This document shows positions 19,113 through 29,982 of a stretch of DNA of 64,000 nucleotides, one piece after another. Position 1 is the stretch's first letter. Every line of letters begins with the position of its first letter. The DNA comes from Bacteroidota bacterium (GTDB taxonomy: Bacteria; Bacteroidota; Ignavibacteria; UBA10030; SZUA-254): positions 18,590 through 82,589 of the forward strand of contig DATIXJ010000027.1 in assembly GCA_035518715.1 (NCBI GenBank), given 5' to 3'. A program made the translations under genes and the position numbers. Under the pieces are notes generated by a model. The model was not told where the DNA came from. It saw only the letters and a program-made list of their open reading frames with translations, and did not search any database.

Positions 19113-19189
19113 GTACGGCAGGGGTTTCCTTCGTCCGGGAAAGGAAAGAGCGGAAGGAGACCTTGGACAGGCAATCATGGAGGAATATC

Positions 19190-19855
19190 ATGAGAACTCT
19201 GAAGCTTACCTCATCATTCCTGCTCATATTTGTTCTTCTCATGCCGGCAGAAAGCCAGATCATACGGGATTTCGGGATCAAAGCCGGTGTGTCCATCAGC
19301 GACATTCAGGTCACATATCCGGGAATAATTCCGGTTGGGTACCAGACTCTTTCACCCGAGTACCAGGACAATGTTGCGAATCCGTCAGTCTCGTGTTTCG
19401 CAGATGTCTTTACATCAGATTATTTCGATGCGCAGGTGGAGCTCAGTTATATGCGAAAGGGTGCGACAAGGACGTCGACCTCTGTCCTGACCACTCCAGA
19501 CGATCCTGCGGGTTTCGGTCAAACAGTGAGCATCACAAATGAGATCGGTCTCCATTACCTGGGGCTCGCTCTCATTGCGCAGCCGAGTCAGCCGCTCGGT
19601 GATGCGCGCCTCTACACGATCGTGGGTCCCACTTTCAGTTATCTCCTGAGCTCGTCCGGATTTGCCGAATTACCCGGTCAGCTCAACAATTTTGAGGTGG
19701 GGTACACAGCCGGCATTGGCTTCGATCCGTCGAAGATGGTGAAAGCGAATGTCTTCATTGAGATCCGTTATGAAGGAGAACTCCGCGAGTTCTATGATTC
19801 CGGTGCGAAATTCCGGAACCGGAGCTGGCTTTTCTGCGTAGGGACGATGATGTGA
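19190..19855 (+). CDS. Outer-membrane beta-barrel protein (OmpW/porin-like)
   Basis: The internal ATG at 19190 gives the signal peptide MRTLKLTSSFLLIFVLLMPAESQ. The sequence shows alternating beta-strand character. Confidence 0.65.
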   Translation: MRTLKLTSSFLLIFVLLMPAESQIIRDFGIKAGVSISDIQVTYPGIIPVGYQTLSPEYQDNVANPSVSCFADVFTSDYFDAQVELSYMRKGATRTSTSVLTTPDDPAGFGQTVSITNEIGLHYLGLALIAQPSQPLGDARLYTIVGPTFSYLLSSSGFAELPGQLNNFEVGYTAGIGFDPSKMVKANVFIEIRYEGELREFYDSGAKFRNRSWLFCVGTMM

Positions 19856-19870
19856 GCTGAAGGGGCTCAG

Positions 19871-20443
19871 ATGAACAGGGAGGAACCGGTAGAGGACAAC
19901 CGGCACTACCACGTCTATAACCGTGGCAACGACCGGGACCGCATTTTTGGTGACGAGTCGGATTATATTGCATTCATCCGGAAGATGAAGTCCCTTGCGG
20001 CGTCTCTCCAGGTTGACGTGCCTGTCTACGCCCTCATGCCTAACCATTATCACATGATTGCTTTGCAGCATGCCGGAGGAAATCTCTCGAAAATGATGGG
20101 AGCGCTGGCAACATCAGCTGCGAAGCGCTACAATCTGAAGTACCGGCATATCGGGCATCTTTTCCAGGGGCCGTTCCGGTACAAACCCGTGCCTGAAAAG
20201 AAGCTCTGGTCAGTCGCGTGCTACATTCACCTGAATCCTGTGACGGCGAAGCTGGTAAGAGAACCGGAGGAGTGGGAGTTCTCGAACTATGCAGACTACG
20301 CTGAAGGTCTCCTTCCTCTGAGCAAGGACGGAGCGGAAGGAGACCTTCTCCAAGTCTGGGAGGGCTACGCGGGCTACGCGGGCTACGTGGCAGAGGTACG
20401 GCAGATGTTGATGAGCCGGCAGAATTTCCGTATATTGCACTGA
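19871..20443 (+). CDS. HUH/Y1 transposase-like protein (IS200-like, REP-associated RayT type)
   Basis: HVYNRGN, the HUH motif in ALMPNHYHMI, GHLFQGPFRYKPV and the YIHLNPV tyrosine region are present. Confidence 0.8.
   Translation: MNREEPVEDNRHYHVYNRGNDRDRIFGDESDYIAFIRKMKSLAASLQVDVPVYALMPNHYHMIALQHAGGNLSKMMGALATSAAKRYNLKYRHIGHLFQGPFRYKPVPEKKLWSVACYIHLNPVTAKLVREPEEWEFSNYADYAEGLLPLSKDGAEGDLLQVWEGYAGYAGYVAEVRQMLMSRQNFRILH
20362..20388 (+). repeat. 9-nt tandem repeat x3 inside the transposase-like gene
   Basis: gggctacgc gggctacgc gggctacgt, encoding GYAGYAGYV. Confidence 0.9.
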
Positions 20444-20448
20444 ACCAG

Positions 20449-20523
20449 CGGGATGTAGCGCAGCCCGGTTAGCGCGCCTGCCTTGGGCGCAGGAGGTCGC
20501 GAGTTCGAATCTCGCCATCCCGA
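20449..20523 (+). tRNA. tRNA-Pro (anticodon TGG)
   Basis: Cloverleaf folded by hand: acceptor CGGGATG/CATCCCG, D GCGC/GCGC, anticodon stem CCTGC/GCAGG with loop CTTGGGC, T arm GCGAG-TTCGAAT-CTCGC. No CCA is encoded. Confidence 0.9.
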
Positions 20524-20797
20524 CTCCGTTTTCTTGATCGCTCCATTCATGAACTTCCTTCCGGGTATTTCCACCTTTTCACGCGGTTTTCAAGAGATTG
20601 CAATGCTTGTCGTCCGGCATGCTGCCATTCGATTCCATCCCTCCCCGAGCTTCCATCAACCCAAAGCGCTACCCCCTCCGTGATCTGCATCAGAAACCGC
20701 CAATTTCACCTCCTCCTTTATTGCTTTTGTGAATTCAATTCTTTAACTTTTGTACCACCGAATCGGCCGTACTCGTTGAATTTGATAAAGGATCAGA

Positions 20798-21166
20798 ATG
20801 GCAGAAAAGAGTAGAATTCTTGTCGTAGACGACGAAGAGGCGCTGCGCTCCGTCCTCAGCAGCGAGCTCAACAGCGGCGGCTACGACGTTACTACTGCGG
20901 GAGACGGCGATGAGGCAATCGCAACGGTCCAGAATAAGAAATTCGATCTCGTCCTCCTCGACATCAAGATGCCGAAAGTCGATGGGTTCGAAGTGCTGAA
21001 GTTCATCAAAAAGAATCAGCCGAAAGTCAAAGTGATTATGCTGACCGGCTTCGCCGACCTCAAGAACGCGATTGAATCCAAAAAACACGGAGCGGAAGAT
21101 TTCGTCAGCAAACCCTACGATCTTGTCGATTTGCTGACCACGATCGAGCGGGTCCTCAGCGACTAA
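20798..21166 (+). CDS. Single-domain response regulator (CheY-like receiver)
   Basis: ILVVDDEE, DLVLLDIKMP and the K in SKP are present. Confidence 0.9.
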   Translation: MAEKSRILVVDDEEALRSVLSSELNSGGYDVTTAGDGDEAIATVQNKKFDLVLLDIKMPKVDGFEVLKFIKKNQPKVKVIMLTGFADLKNAIESKKHGAEDFVSKPYDLVDLLTTIERVLSD

Positions 21167-21189
21167 CCCCGGCACGGTGGTGAGGCGTA

Positions 21190-22530
21190 ATGCCCCAGCG
21201 TTACAAAATCCTTATTGTCGATGATGAAGCGGGATTAACGAACCTCCTGAAGGAGGAACTCGAGCAGCCCGGAACACGGATCGTCGACCTTGCCTTCGAT
21301 GGCGCCGAAGCCATCAACCTCGTACAGAAAACCATTTACGATGTCGTCCTTCTCGACATGATCATGCCGCGAGTCGACGGGCGCGAAGTGCTGAAATTCA
21401 TACAGGAACATTCTCCTTCATCTCAGGTTATCATCCTCTCCCAGTACGCCGATCTGAAAATGGCCGTCGAGACCACGAAGCTCGGCGCGTATGAAGTTCT
21501 CGGGAAACCGTACGATTTCGACCAGGTCGAGCAGACCATCGAACGAGCCATCGAGAGGAAAAAACTTTCCATTGATAACAAACTTCTCCAGACCGAACTG
21601 TCCCGGAAGATCGGGTCCGCGGAGATCATCGGCAACTCGCCGACATTCCAGAAGGTCATCGAGAGCGCACTCCGTATCGCCCAAAGCGACTCGATCGCTC
21701 TGATCGTCGGACCCAGCGGGACCGGGAAAGAGCTGATCGCAAATCTCATACACCGCTCGAGTCCACGCCGTGAGGCGCCGTTCGTTCCCGTCAACTGCTC
21801 TTCAATCCCTGATACACTTCTGGAAAGCGAACTCTTTGGGCACGAAAAAGGTGCATTCACGAATGCGTATGCAGCAAAATCCGGATTGGTGGAAGTTGCG
21901 AACGGGGGAACGCTCTTTCTTGATGAAGTGGGGGATATCAGTCCGATCATTCAACCAAAACTACTCCGTTTTCTGGAAACAGGCGACTTCCGACGCGTCG
22001 GCGGAACGAATGAACTGAAAGCGGATGTGCGCGTTATCTCGGCAACGAATAAGAACCTTCAGGAAGAGGTGCGGGCGGGACGCTTTCGTGAAGATCTTCT
22101 CTACCGCCTGAATGTTCTCACAGTCCGCATACCCGCGCTGAAGGATCACCGCGAGGATATCTCTCTCCTTGTAGATTATTTCCTGAAGAAGAAATCTAAA
22201 CCGAAAGAACCAAAAGGGATCAGCCCGAAAGCTCTCGAGATTTTGATGATGTATGATTGGCCCGGAAATGTCCGCGAGCTTGAGCATGTCATCGAGGGTG
22301 CCGTCATTCTTTCCACGAGCCAACAGATCGAACCTGCCGATCTCCACCTCACGGAACGCCAGGCGGAACCTGCTCCCGCTTCTTTGTCGATGGAGAACGT
22401 CGAGCGCCAGCACATCGAAAAAGTTCTCCGGATGTTCAGCGGCAACAGAAAGAAAACCGCCGAGGCACTCAATATCAGCGAGAAAGGACTCTATCTCAAG
22501 ATCAAGGAGTACGGCATTATCGTCGATTAG
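21190..22530 (+). CDS. Sigma-54-dependent response regulator (NtrC family: REC + AAA+ + Fis-type HTH)
   Basis: GPSGTGKELIA (Walker A), ESELFGHEKGAFT (GAFTGA-like), WPGNVRELE and a C-terminal HTH are present. Confidence 0.92.
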   Translation: MPQRYKILIVDDEAGLTNLLKEELEQPGTRIVDLAFDGAEAINLVQKTIYDVVLLDMIMPRVDGREVLKFIQEHSPSSQVIILSQYADLKMAVETTKLGAYEVLGKPYDFDQVEQTIERAIERKKLSIDNKLLQTELSRKIGSAEIIGNSPTFQKVIESALRIAQSDSIALIVGPSGTGKELIANLIHRSSPRREAPFVPVNCSSIPDTLLESELFGHEKGAFTNAYAAKSGLVEVANGGTLFLDEVGDISPIIQPKLLRFLETGDFRRVGGTNELKADVRVISATNKNLQEEVRAGRFREDLLYRLNVLTVRIPALKDHREDISLLVDYFLKKKSKPKEPKGISPKALEILMMYDWPGNVRELEHVIEGAVILSTSQQIEPADLHLTERQAEPAPASLSMENVERQHIEKVLRMFSGNRKKTAEALNISEKGLYLKIKEYGIIVD

Positions 22531-22681
22531 CTCCTCCTCTGTCCCGCTTCGCCTTCCGTATGTTGAATTATCACTGTTTGACTTTCCACACGTATTTTCG
22601 TAATTTTGAGCCGTAAGACAATGCGCCGGCACTGATTTTTCAAATTGGCGGCGTATTTTGACCACCAGACTATAACCTCCC

Positions 22682-23851
22682 ATGCCGAAATTTCAAGGTG
22701 TCGACTACTTTAATCTCGAATCCCTCCTGAGTGAAGAAGAAATCCTTGTTCGCAATACCGTGAGGGAATTTGTGGATGATAATGTCATCCCAATCATCGA
22801 AAAACACAACCGCGCCGGATCATTCCCCGCCGAACTTGTCAGCAAAATGGCAGATTTGGGAATGTTCGGATCAACACTTCCTGCGAAGTACGGTTGTGCC
22901 GAAATGAACAATGTCGCGTACGGATTAGTGATGCAGGAACTTGAACGCGGCGACAGCGGTATCCGGAGCTTTGCTTCGGTGCAGAGCGCGCTTGTCATGT
23001 ATCCGATATATACATTCGGATCGGAAGAGCAGAAAGATTACTGGCTTCCGAAACTGGCGACCGGAGAAACGATCGGCTGTTTCGGTCTGACAGAGCCGGA
23101 TTACGGTTCGAACCCGGGCGGGATGATCACGCGGGCCGAGCAGAAAGGAGACCAGATCATCCTGAATGGCGCGAAGATGTGGATTACCAACGGCACCATT
23201 GCGGACGTGGCGGTCGTGTGGGCGAAGATGAACGGCGTCGTTCACGGTTTCCTTGTAGAAAAGGGAACCAAGGGGTTTACGGCTCCTGAGATGACCGGCA
23301 AGCATTCGCTGCGTGCGTCCGTGACATCGGAGCTGATTTTCCAGGATTGTGTAATTCCGAAAGACAATATGCTCCCAAAAACCGACGGCCTGAAATCTCC
23401 GCTCATGTGTCTGAACCAGGCGCGCTACGGCATTGCCTGGGGCGGGATCGGTGCGGCGATGGCATGTTACGACGCGGCGCTCAATTATGCAAAGTCCCGC
23501 ATTCAGTTCGGAAAGCCGATCGCGGCATTTCAGATGACACAGGAAAAACTGGTTTACATGCTGACTGAAATTACGAAGGCACAGCTTCTCTGCCTCCAGC
23601 TCGGCCGGTTGAAGGATCAGAAGAAGCTGCGGTTCCAGCAGGTTTCGATGGCGAAGCGGAACAACGTCGCAATGGCGCTGGATATTGCCCGGTGTGCACG
23701 CGAGATTCTCGGTGCGAACGGTATCCTGGATGAATATCCTGTTATGCGTCATTCCGCGAACCTGGAATCAGTGAAGACATACGAGGGAACACACGAGATG
23801 CACACGCTCATCGTGGGTGAAGATATCACCGGCATTCCCGCGTTCGTCTGA
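22682..23851 (+). CDS. Acyl-CoA dehydrogenase, glutaryl-CoA dehydrogenase-like
   Basis: [19 protein letters not shown] and [10 protein letters not shown] are present. The overall layout resembles GcdH. Confidence 0.85.
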   Translation: MPKFQGVDYFNLESLLSEEEILVRNTVREFVDDNVIPIIEKHNRAGSFPAELVSKMADLGMFGSTLPAKYGCAEMNNVAYGLVMQELERGDSGIRSFASVQSALVMYPIYTFGSEEQKDYWLPKLATGETIGCFGLTEPDYGSNPGGMITRAEQKGDQIILNGAKMWITNGTIADVAVVWAKMNGVVHGFLVEKGTKGFTAPEMTGKHSLRASVTSELIFQDCVIPKDNMLPKTDGLKSPLMCLNQARYGIAWGGIGAAMACYDAALNYAKSRIQFGKPIAAFQMTQEKLVYMLTEITKAQLLCLQLGRLKDQKKLRFQQVSMAKRNNVAMALDIARCAREILGANGILDEYPVMRHSANLESVKTYEGTHEMHTLIVGEDITGIPAFV

Positions 23852-23889
23852 GCATGTAGTTGTGAGTACGTAACAACCCCAGAGGCATA

Positions 23890-25368
23890 GTGCGAATTTC
23901 CATGCGAGAGAAAAAATTCATCGGCGAAGCACTGACCTTCGACGATGTCCTGCTCGTTCCAAGAAAATCGAACACTCTTCCGCGTGATGCGAATACCTCG
24001 ACGCGTCTTTCCCGCAACATCCAGCTGAACATACCGCTCGTTTCTGCCGCGATGGATACGGTTACCGAATCGCGGCTGGCAATTGCTCTTGCCCGGGAAG
24101 GCGGGATTGGCATCCTTCATAAAAATATGTCGATCGAGGCACAGGCGTCGAACGTCGAGCAGGTGAAACGTTCCGAAAGCGGCATGATACTGAATCCGAT
24201 CACCATGCACGCCGATCAGACGGTTGGTGATGCTCTTCAGCTCATGGGGAAGTTCCAGATCTCGGGAATTCCGATCGTCGATAACGAGCGGCGCCTCATC
24301 GGGATCGTCACGAGCCGGGACCTGCGGTTCGAGCCGAACAGAAATCTCGAAATCTCACAGGTGATGACCTCGACGGATCTGGTGACCGCTCCGGCCGGAA
24401 CGACCCCCGAGAAGGCGGAGCAAATCATACAGAAACACCGTATCGAAAAGCTTCCCGTTGTGGATGGTTCGGGACGGCTGATGGGGCTGTTCACGTTCCA
24501 GGATATCCGGAAGAAGAAACAGCATCCGAATGCGAGCGAGGACAAACATGGACGGCTTCGTGTCGGTGCGGGTGTTGGTGTTGCTGCAGATACGCTGGCG
24601 CGTGCAGCAGCATTGGTGAAAGCCGGTGCCGACGTCCTCGTCGTGGATACTGCACACGCACATTCGCGCGGCGTGATCGAGATGATCCAGAAGCTCAAGG
24701 CGAATTTCCCGGAATGTGAGTTAATTGCAGGAAATGTTGGAACTGCAGAAGCCGCGCGTGATCTTATCCGTACCGGAGTCGATGCAATCAAGGTGGGAAT
24801 CGGTCCCGGATCGATCTGTACGACCCGCGTCATAGCGGGCATTGGCGTTCCCCAGATCACGGCGATTTATGAATGCGCGAAGGTTGCACAGCGCGCAAAG
24901 ATTCCCGTCATCGCCGACGGCGGTATTCGTCAGACCGGCGACATCGCGAAGGCGATTGCCGCCGGTGCCGACACCGTGATGATCGGGAGCCTGTTCGCCG
25001 GCGTGGATGAGAGTCCGGGTGAGAAGATTCTGTACGAAGGACGCAGCTACAAGCTGTACCGCGGCATGGGATCGCTTGAAGCGATGAAGAAGGGAAGCAG
25101 CGACCGGTATTTCCAGGACGTTGAAGATCATCTCCCGAAGCTCGTACCTGAAGGTGTGGAGGGATTTGTTCCGTATAAAGGATTGCTTGCCGATACCGTT
25201 TTTCAGATGATCGGCGGCCTGCGGGCCGCGATGGGCTACTGCGGGTGTGCGACGATCCAGGATTTGAAAACGAAAACGCAGTTTGTGAGAATGTCGGAAG
25301 CGGGATTGCGGGAGAGTCATCCGCACGATGTGCGGGTTTCCAAAGAACCTCCGAACTATCATCTCTGA
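23890..25368 (+). CDS. guaB: IMP dehydrogenase
   Basis: [10 protein letters not shown], a CBS pair, [11 protein letters not shown] and GGIRQTGD are present. The true start may be the ATG at 23902. Confidence 0.95.
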   Translation: MRISMREKKFIGEALTFDDVLLVPRKSNTLPRDANTSTRLSRNIQLNIPLVSAAMDTVTESRLAIALAREGGIGILHKNMSIEAQASNVEQVKRSESGMILNPITMHADQTVGDALQLMGKFQISGIPIVDNERRLIGIVTSRDLRFEPNRNLEISQVMTSTDLVTAPAGTTPEKAEQIIQKHRIEKLPVVDGSGRLMGLFTFQDIRKKKQHPNASEDKHGRLRVGAGVGVAADTLARAAALVKAGADVLVVDTAHAHSRGVIEMIQKLKANFPECELIAGNVGTAEAARDLIRTGVDAIKVGIGPGSICTTRVIAGIGVPQITAIYECAKVAQRAKIPVIADGGIRQTGDIAKAIAAGADTVMIGSLFAGVDESPGEKILYEGRSYKLYRGMGSLEAMKKGSSDRYFQDVEDHLPKLVPEGVEGFVPYKGLLADTVFQMIGGLRAAMGYCGCATIQDLKTKTQFVRMSEAGLRESHPHDVRVSKEPPNYHL

Positions 25369-25398
25369 TCATCGAACTATAGGACCGGATTTCCCCGC

Positions 25399-26466
25399 AT
25401 GAACTCGCGTCTCCTGAAACTCCGGGCACAATTCGACGCCCTGAAGATCGATGCATTTCTAGTTACATTTTTGCCCCACATCCGCTACCTCAGCGGATTT
25501 TCCGGCTCTAATGCCATCTGCATCGTCACGCGATCGTCTCAAACCATCCTTTCCGACGGCCGGTATACCGATCAGATCCGGAGTGAAGTAAAAGAGTGGG
25601 ATGTCTTCATCACGAAAACCGATCTTCTCGATGAGATGCGGAAACGAAAACTCCTACCCCGCGGAACCCGACTTGGCTTCGACGGGAACTCGGTTCATTT
25701 CTCACAGTACCAGGAGATGAAGAAGCTTTTCCCATCCGTCAAATTTCTGCCAAAAGCTGATTGTCTCGAGAGGATAGCTGCCGTTAAAGACGCGGGCGAG
25801 GTTGAGAAGATCGAAAAAGCTGTGGAGATATCCGATGCGGTCTTTTCCGAATTGCTGCCATTGATTACGTCCGGCATAGCGGAGCTTGATCTTGCCGCGG
25901 AAATATCCTACCGCCAGCGGAAACATGGCGCCGAAGCCGATGCATTCGAAACAATTGTCGCAAGCGGAGAACGGAGCGCCCTTCCGCACGGAAAGGCGTC
26001 ATCAAAAAAAATCCAGAACGGAGAATTCGTAACGCTTGATTTCGGAGCGGTGTACGAAGGATACCACAGCGATCTGACGCGAACGGTTGCCGTCGGAAAA
26101 ATCCCGGCTGAAGGGAAGAAGATCTACTCGACAGTTCACGATGCCCAGCAGAAAGCGATTGATGCGGCGAAGAGCGGCATGAAGGCGCGGGATCTCGACG
26201 CGGTTGCCCGCAGGCATATCCGAAAGCTCGGGTATGAAAAATTCTTCCGGCATTCCCTCGGTCACGGGATCGGCCTTCAAATACACGAACCCCCGCGTAT
26301 TTCCGTGTTGAGCAAAGCTGTGCTTGAAGAGGGAAATGTCATCACCATTGAACCCGGAATCTATGTTCCCGGTTTTGGCGGTGTCCGGATTGAAGATGAC
26401 ATTCACATCACGGACGCGGGTATCCAGGTACTGAACCGCTCACCCAAAGAACTTCTGATTCTCTGA
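25399..26466 (+). CDS. Xaa-Pro aminopeptidase (M24B family)
   Basis: Creatinase-like N-domain and M24 metal ligands (DFGAVYEGYHSDLTRT, HSLGHGIGL, EPGIY, RIED) are present. Confidence 0.88.
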   Translation: MNSRLLKLRAQFDALKIDAFLVTFLPHIRYLSGFSGSNAICIVTRSSQTILSDGRYTDQIRSEVKEWDVFITKTDLLDEMRKRKLLPRGTRLGFDGNSVHFSQYQEMKKLFPSVKFLPKADCLERIAAVKDAGEVEKIEKAVEISDAVFSELLPLITSGIAELDLAAEISYRQRKHGAEADAFETIVASGERSALPHGKASSKKIQNGEFVTLDFGAVYEGYHSDLTRTVAVGKIPAEGKKIYSTVHDAQQKAIDAAKSGMKARDLDAVARRHIRKLGYEKFFRHSLGHGIGLQIHEPPRISVLSKAVLEEGNVITIEPGIYVPGFGGVRIEDDIHITDAGIQVLNRSPKELLIL

Positions 26467-27761
26467 TGGAAGGAACCAGCCCGAAAGAAACGAAGGCCTT
26501 CCGCAATGTTCTCGTCATTGCGTATTATTTCCCGCCGATGGGTTTGAGCGGCGTTCAACGCACGTTGAAGTTCGTGAAGTACCTTCCGCAGTTCGGATGG
26601 AACCCAACGGTACTCACCGTGACGCCGACCGGATACTATGCACAGGACTACACGCTCCTCGAGGAGCTCCATGCACCTCATGTTTCTGTCGAGCGCACCG
26701 GCTCGCTTGATCCCAACCGCTTGTTCAGGAAAAAGGGCGTTGTGAAAATGCCCTCGGAGTTCTGGAGAAAGATCCTCACCTATCTCAGCGACATGTTCTT
26801 CATCCCGGATAACAAGATCGGGTGGAAGAGAAAAGCCGTCAAAAAAGCCGAAGAATTGTACGAGAAGACGCCGTTTGACGTGATTTTTGCAACCGCGCCG
26901 CCGTTCACCGATTTCCTGATCGGGCAGGAACTCTCGCGCCGGTGGAAGAAACCCCTGGTGATCGACTACCGCGATCCATGGCACGAATATCCGTACAAAT
27001 ACTATCCGACACCGCTCCACAAATGGAGGAACCACGTACTCGAGAAGCGCGTCCTGCGGTCGTCGACCCGTGTTCTTACCACGAACCGGCGGGTCAAGGA
27101 ACTGATTCTCAAGCGCTTTACGTTTCTTCACTATAACGACGTCATCATCCTTCCGCAGGGATTTGATCCGGCGGATTTCGATCATGCAAAACCCGAGTCG
27201 CGGAATACCGAAGTCATGAGGTTAACACATGCCGGTGTCTTCTATGCTGATCGCACGCCGGAATATTTTCTCCGCGCGCTCAAGTCGGTCTTTGAGGAAT
27301 CCCCTCAGTTGAAGCGGCTGATTGAAGTCGTTCTTGTCGGAAATCTTCACGATGCTCACCTCGGACTCATAAAGTCGCTGGGGCTCGAAGAATCGGTGAC
27401 CACGACGGGGTATCTTGATCATACCCACTGCGTGCAGAAACTGGTCTCGTCGGATGTTCTCTGGCTCATGCTCAACAACGACAAACAGTCTCCCGGAAAA
27501 GTATACGAATACTTCGGGGCGCGGAAACCGATCCTGGCATGCGTTCCCGACGGGTTCATACGGCAGGCGGTCAAGGAAGCGGGCGGCTCGATGATCGTGG
27601 CTCCGACCGATGTTCCGGCGATTGCCTCCGCCATCAAGGAATTTTACCGTCTCTTTAAAGAGAAAAAGCTTCCGCGGCCCAGTGAAGAAGTGGTCGAAAG
27701 GTACAACCGCGTGGAACTGACCGATGAACTCTCGAAACTCTTTGGGTTTCTCGCAGAATGA
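26466..27761 (+). CDS. Glycosyltransferase (GT-B fold, GT4-like)
   Basis: N-terminal VLVIAYYFPPMGLSG, and C-terminal PGKVYEYFGARKPILA, which resembles the E-x7-E region. Confidence 0.7.
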   Translation: MEGTSPKETKAFRNVLVIAYYFPPMGLSGVQRTLKFVKYLPQFGWNPTVLTVTPTGYYAQDYTLLEELHAPHVSVERTGSLDPNRLFRKKGVVKMPSEFWRKILTYLSDMFFIPDNKIGWKRKAVKKAEELYEKTPFDVIFATAPPFTDFLIGQELSRRWKKPLVIDYRDPWHEYPYKYYPTPLHKWRNHVLEKRVLRSSTRVLTTNRRVKELILKRFTFLHYNDVIILPQGFDPADFDHAKPESRNTEVMRLTHAGVFYADRTPEYFLRALKSVFEESPQLKRLIEVVLVGNLHDAHLGLIKSLGLEESVTTTGYLDHTHCVQKLVSSDVLWLMLNNDKQSPGKVYEYFGARKPILACVPDGFIRQAVKEAGGSMIVAPTDVPAIASAIKEFYRLFKEKKLPRPSEEVVERYNRVELTDELSKLFGFLAE

Positions 27762-29056
27762 ACGTTCTCGTCATAGGTTCGGGGGGACGGGAGCATGCCC
27801 TTGCCTGGAAGATCCGGCAGAGCCCGCTCCTGAACGAGCTCTACTGCGCTCCCGGTAATCCGGGAACGGCAAGGATCGCGACAAACATTTCGCTCGATCA
27901 GTCGGACTTTGGTGCTATTGCCGCGTTTGCCCGCGAGAAACAGATCGATCTGACGGTCGTGGGTCCCGAACGCCCGTTGACCGACGGGATTGTGGACTTT
28001 TTTGAATCGGAGAAGCTCCGGATTTTCGGTCCGTCGAAAGCCGCTGCAGCACTTGAAGGGAGTAAGGTCTTTGCAAAAAGCTTCATGAAGAAGTACGACA
28101 TCCCGACAGCGGAATACCGATCGTTTTCGGCCGAGGAACGGTACGACGCCGAGCGCTACATTAATGAAATTCCAACACCGATCGTCGTGAAAGCCGACGG
28201 TCTTGCGGCGGGCAAGGGCGTGACCGTCTGCGACACGAAAGAGCACGCGCTTGATGCACTCTCGATGATTTTTGGGGAAAAGAAATTCGGCGATGCCGGC
28301 AGCGGTGTCGTTATTGAGGAATTTCTTGTCGGTGATGAAGCATCGGTCTTTGCACTGACCGATGGGAAAGAATTCGCAATGCTCACTCCTGCACAGGATC
28401 ACAAGCGAATCCTCGATAATGACATGGGAAAAAATACCGGCGGGATGGGAGCGTATGCACCGGCTCATCTCGTCACGCAGGAACTACTGGAGACCGTTCG
28501 GCACACCATCATTGCACCTACGCTCCGGGGCATGACGAGTGAGGGACGCACATACACCGGGTGTCTTTATGTGGGATTGATGATTACACAAACCGGTCCG
28601 AAAGTGATTGAGTATAATTGTCGGTTCGGTGATCCCGAAACCCAGGTTGTTGTTCCACTGCTGGATGAGGATCTTCTTCCTCTCCTGACGGGCACCCTGG
28701 AAGGCGGCATGAAGCGTGCGGTTTCCAGCAAATTGGCAACAGCAGTATGTGTTGTTGTTGCGTCGAGGGGATATCCCGATGCATACGATACCGGCAAGCC
28801 GATCCTGGGACTGCACGAGGCCGAGTCGGTTGGCAATGTAGTTCTCTTTCATGCGGGCACGGCGCTTCGCGACGGGGCACTCGAAACTTCGGGTGGGCGA
28901 GTGCTCGGTGTTACGGCTTTCGGTGCACAGGATGATCTGGAGGGAACAATCGACACCGCATATCGGGCAGTTGAAAAAATTCGGTTTGACGGAATGTATT
29001 ACCGCAGCGATATCGGAAAAAAAGGATTACGTCATTTGCAGCAGGAGAACCAGTGA
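27758..29056 (+). CDS. purD: Phosphoribosylamine-glycine ligase
   Basis: MNVLVIGSGGREHALAWK, and an ATP-grasp region with CRFGDPETQ. Confidence 0.95.
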   Translation: MNVLVIGSGGREHALAWKIRQSPLLNELYCAPGNPGTARIATNISLDQSDFGAIAAFAREKQIDLTVVGPERPLTDGIVDFFESEKLRIFGPSKAAAALEGSKVFAKSFMKKYDIPTAEYRSFSAEERYDAERYINEIPTPIVVKADGLAAGKGVTVCDTKEHALDALSMIFGEKKFGDAGSGVVIEEFLVGDEASVFALTDGKEFAMLTPAQDHKRILDNDMGKNTGGMGAYAPAHLVTQELLETVRHTIIAPTLRGMTSEGRTYTGCLYVGLMITQTGPKVIEYNCRFGDPETQVVVPLLDEDLLPLLTGTLEGGMKRAVSSKLATAVCVVVASRGYPDAYDTGKPILGLHEAESVGNVVLFHAGTALRDGALETSGGRVLGVTAFGAQDDLEGTIDTAYRAVEKIRFDGMYYRSDIGKKGLRHLQQENQ

Positions 29057-29982
29057 ATATTGTTGTGACAGGCGGTGCCGGGTTCATCGGGTCGCACATT
29101 GCTGACGCGTGCATCAATGCCGGGCATGCGGTTTCGGTGATCGATAATCTCTCTATGGGAAGAAAAGAGAATATTCATCCCAGTGCGAAATTCTATCATC
29201 GGGATATCCGGGACGAGAATGTCCGCGAGGTTTTTGAGAAGGAACGGATTGACGTCATCTTCCATCTTGCAGCGCAAATGGATGTCCGCAAGTCGGTGGA
29301 GGACCCGCTCTTCGATGCTTCGGTAAACATCGTCGGGACCATCAACCTCCTCGAGTTATCCAGAAAGCACGGTGTGAAGAAATTCGTCTTCGCCTCGACC
29401 GGTGGTGCGATCTATGGTGAACAGGATTATTTCCCCGCCGATGAAGCTCATCCGCAGAGACCTCTTTCTCCGTATGGCATCACAAAATTGGCGGTGGAAC
29501 GGTATCTCTTCTATTATAGAGAAGTGCACGGTCTGCAATTTGTCTCTCTCCGGTTTGCCAATGTCTATGGGCCGAGGCAGAATCCCCACGGAGAAGCGGG
29601 AGTTGTTGCCATCTTCACATCGAAAATGCTGGCGGGTCAACAGCCGGTGATCAATGGGGATGGAAAGCAGACACGCGATTATACGTATGTTGAAGATGTG
29701 GTGAATGCGAACATGCTGGCGCTCAAGTATGCGCAGTCGGGCTTTTTCAATGTCGGAACAGGAATCGAGACCGATGTCAATACGCTCTTTGACATCCTGA
29801 AATCGGAAACCGGTTCCGCGTGCCGTGAGGATCACGGTCCAGCCAAACAAGGAGAGCAGATGCGGAGCGTGCTCGACTACTCGCTGATCGGCAAAACGCT
29901 CGGATGGAAGCCGTCGGTGAATCTCCGTGCGGGATTGAAGAAGACTGTGGCATTCTTCCGTGAGCGTCAGGGATCACGATAG
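29053..29982 (+). CDS. NAD-dependent epimerase/dehydratase (UDP-glucose 4-epimerase-like)
   Basis: VTGGAGFIGSH and YxxxK (YGITKLA) are present. The GTG start overlaps the purD stop. Confidence 0.85.
   Translation: MNIVVTGGAGFIGSHIADACINAGHAVSVIDNLSMGRKENIHPSAKFYHRDIRDENVREVFEKERIDVIFHLAAQMDVRKSVEDPLFDASVNIVGTINLLELSRKHGVKKFVFASTGGAIYGEQDYFPADEAHPQRPLSPYGITKLAVERYLFYYREVHGLQFVSLRFANVYGPRQNPHGEAGVVAIFTSKMLAGQQPVINGDGKQTRDYTYVEDVVNANMLALKYAQSGFFNVGTGIETDVNTLFDILKSETGSACREDHGPAKQGEQMRSVLDYSLIGKTLGWKPSVNLRAGLKKTVAFFRERQGSR

Noticed and set aside
20483-20683. A 66-aa ORF downstream of the transposase-like gene.
   Set aside because: It begins inside tRNA-Pro, so it is incompatible with the tRNA call, and it has no motif.
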